A DNA stretch of 64,000 nt. Origin: a virus. Made by a program: the position numbers and the translations under genes. Where the stretch lies: IMG/VR virus record IMGVR_UViG_3300021376_000028, positions 1 to 64,000 of that record. One strand, given 5' to 3'. Below, piece after piece: positions 63,697 to 64,000 of the stretch (position 1 is the stretch's first letter; each line of letters opens with the position of its first letter). The notes under the pieces were generated by a model that was given only the letters and a program-made list of their open reading frames with translations, was not told where the DNA came from and searched no databases.

Positions 63697-64000
63697 CTAT
63701 ATTGTAAGTTTTTTGTTTTCAATTATGTTTTGTATTTGTTGTTTGTTCATCTCACCTGGGTCTTTAAGCCCAGTTGAGTTTTCCACCGTGTAAATCTCTT
63801 TACCACGGCAGAGATCTATTATAGCACATTTCATTGCCTCCCCTGCCTCGTCGTTATCAGAAAAAATTATGATTGAATCAAAATACCTTTTCATCATCTT
63901 GACTTGGCTGGATGTTACTTGTGCTCCAAGAGTTGACACAACATTTGGATAACCGGATTGATGAATTGCCATAGCATCAACACTGCCTTCTGTAATTATA
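63697..64000 (-). CDS. dnaG: DNA primase (TOPRIM), partial
   Basis: IITEGSVDAMAIHQSG..VSTLGA..FSDNDEAG..KDPGE; open to window edge. Confidence 0.85.
   Translation of the reverse strand, partial: IITEGSVDAMAIHQSGYPNVVSTLGAQVTSSQVKMMKRYFDSIIIFSDNDEAGEAMKCAIIDLCRGKEIYTVENSTGLKDPGEMNKQQIQNIIENKKLTI

Noticed and set aside
1-64000. Stop-codon recoding (prompted by a possible CUA anticodon at 29652-29765)
   Set aside because: Core genes are full length in the standard code, and TAG ends several ORFs (e.g. 21007, 22276).

Overview
This 64 kb window comes from a large, AT-rich tailed dsDNA phage that most likely infects an actinobacterium. The evidence is WhiB, an Rpf-like transglycosylase, DnaE and widespread leaderless genes. 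Layout: 1-11.1 kb (- strand) holds virion and head genes (PA14-domain protein, major capsid, scaffold, modular prohead protease, portal), a class II RNR and a glycosyltransferase. 11.2-17.5 kb (+) holds ThyX, an HslV-like protease, small genes and 3 tRNAs. 17.6-23.1 kb (+) is a sharply GC-rich island of nine ~0.43-0.67 kb expression cassettes. Each cassette has the same ordered non-coding module (AT motif, co-varying ~36 nt inverted repeat, GTTAGG-N4-CCTAAY palindrome, GAGTGCGTTT box, extended -10 TGCTATTGT), then a 5' hairpin plus SD or a leaderless start, a mostly unrelated cargo ORF, and a GC hairpin. 23.9-44.8 kb (-) holds about 45 small accessory ORFs, 3 more tRNAs, a tRNA-like RNA with an expanded anticodon arm and a ~270 nt structured ncRNA candidate. 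45-64 kb (-) holds terminase, glycosyl- and methyltransferases, RuvC, a Cas4-like nuclease, Dcm with a nested out-of-frame subunit, Dam, RecA, DnaE, SSB and primase. The best candidate for an undescribed system is the cassette array. All six canonical tRNAs read A-ending codons, while the cassette cargo uses GC-rich, host-like codons. All calls come from reading motifs by eye; no database searches were run.
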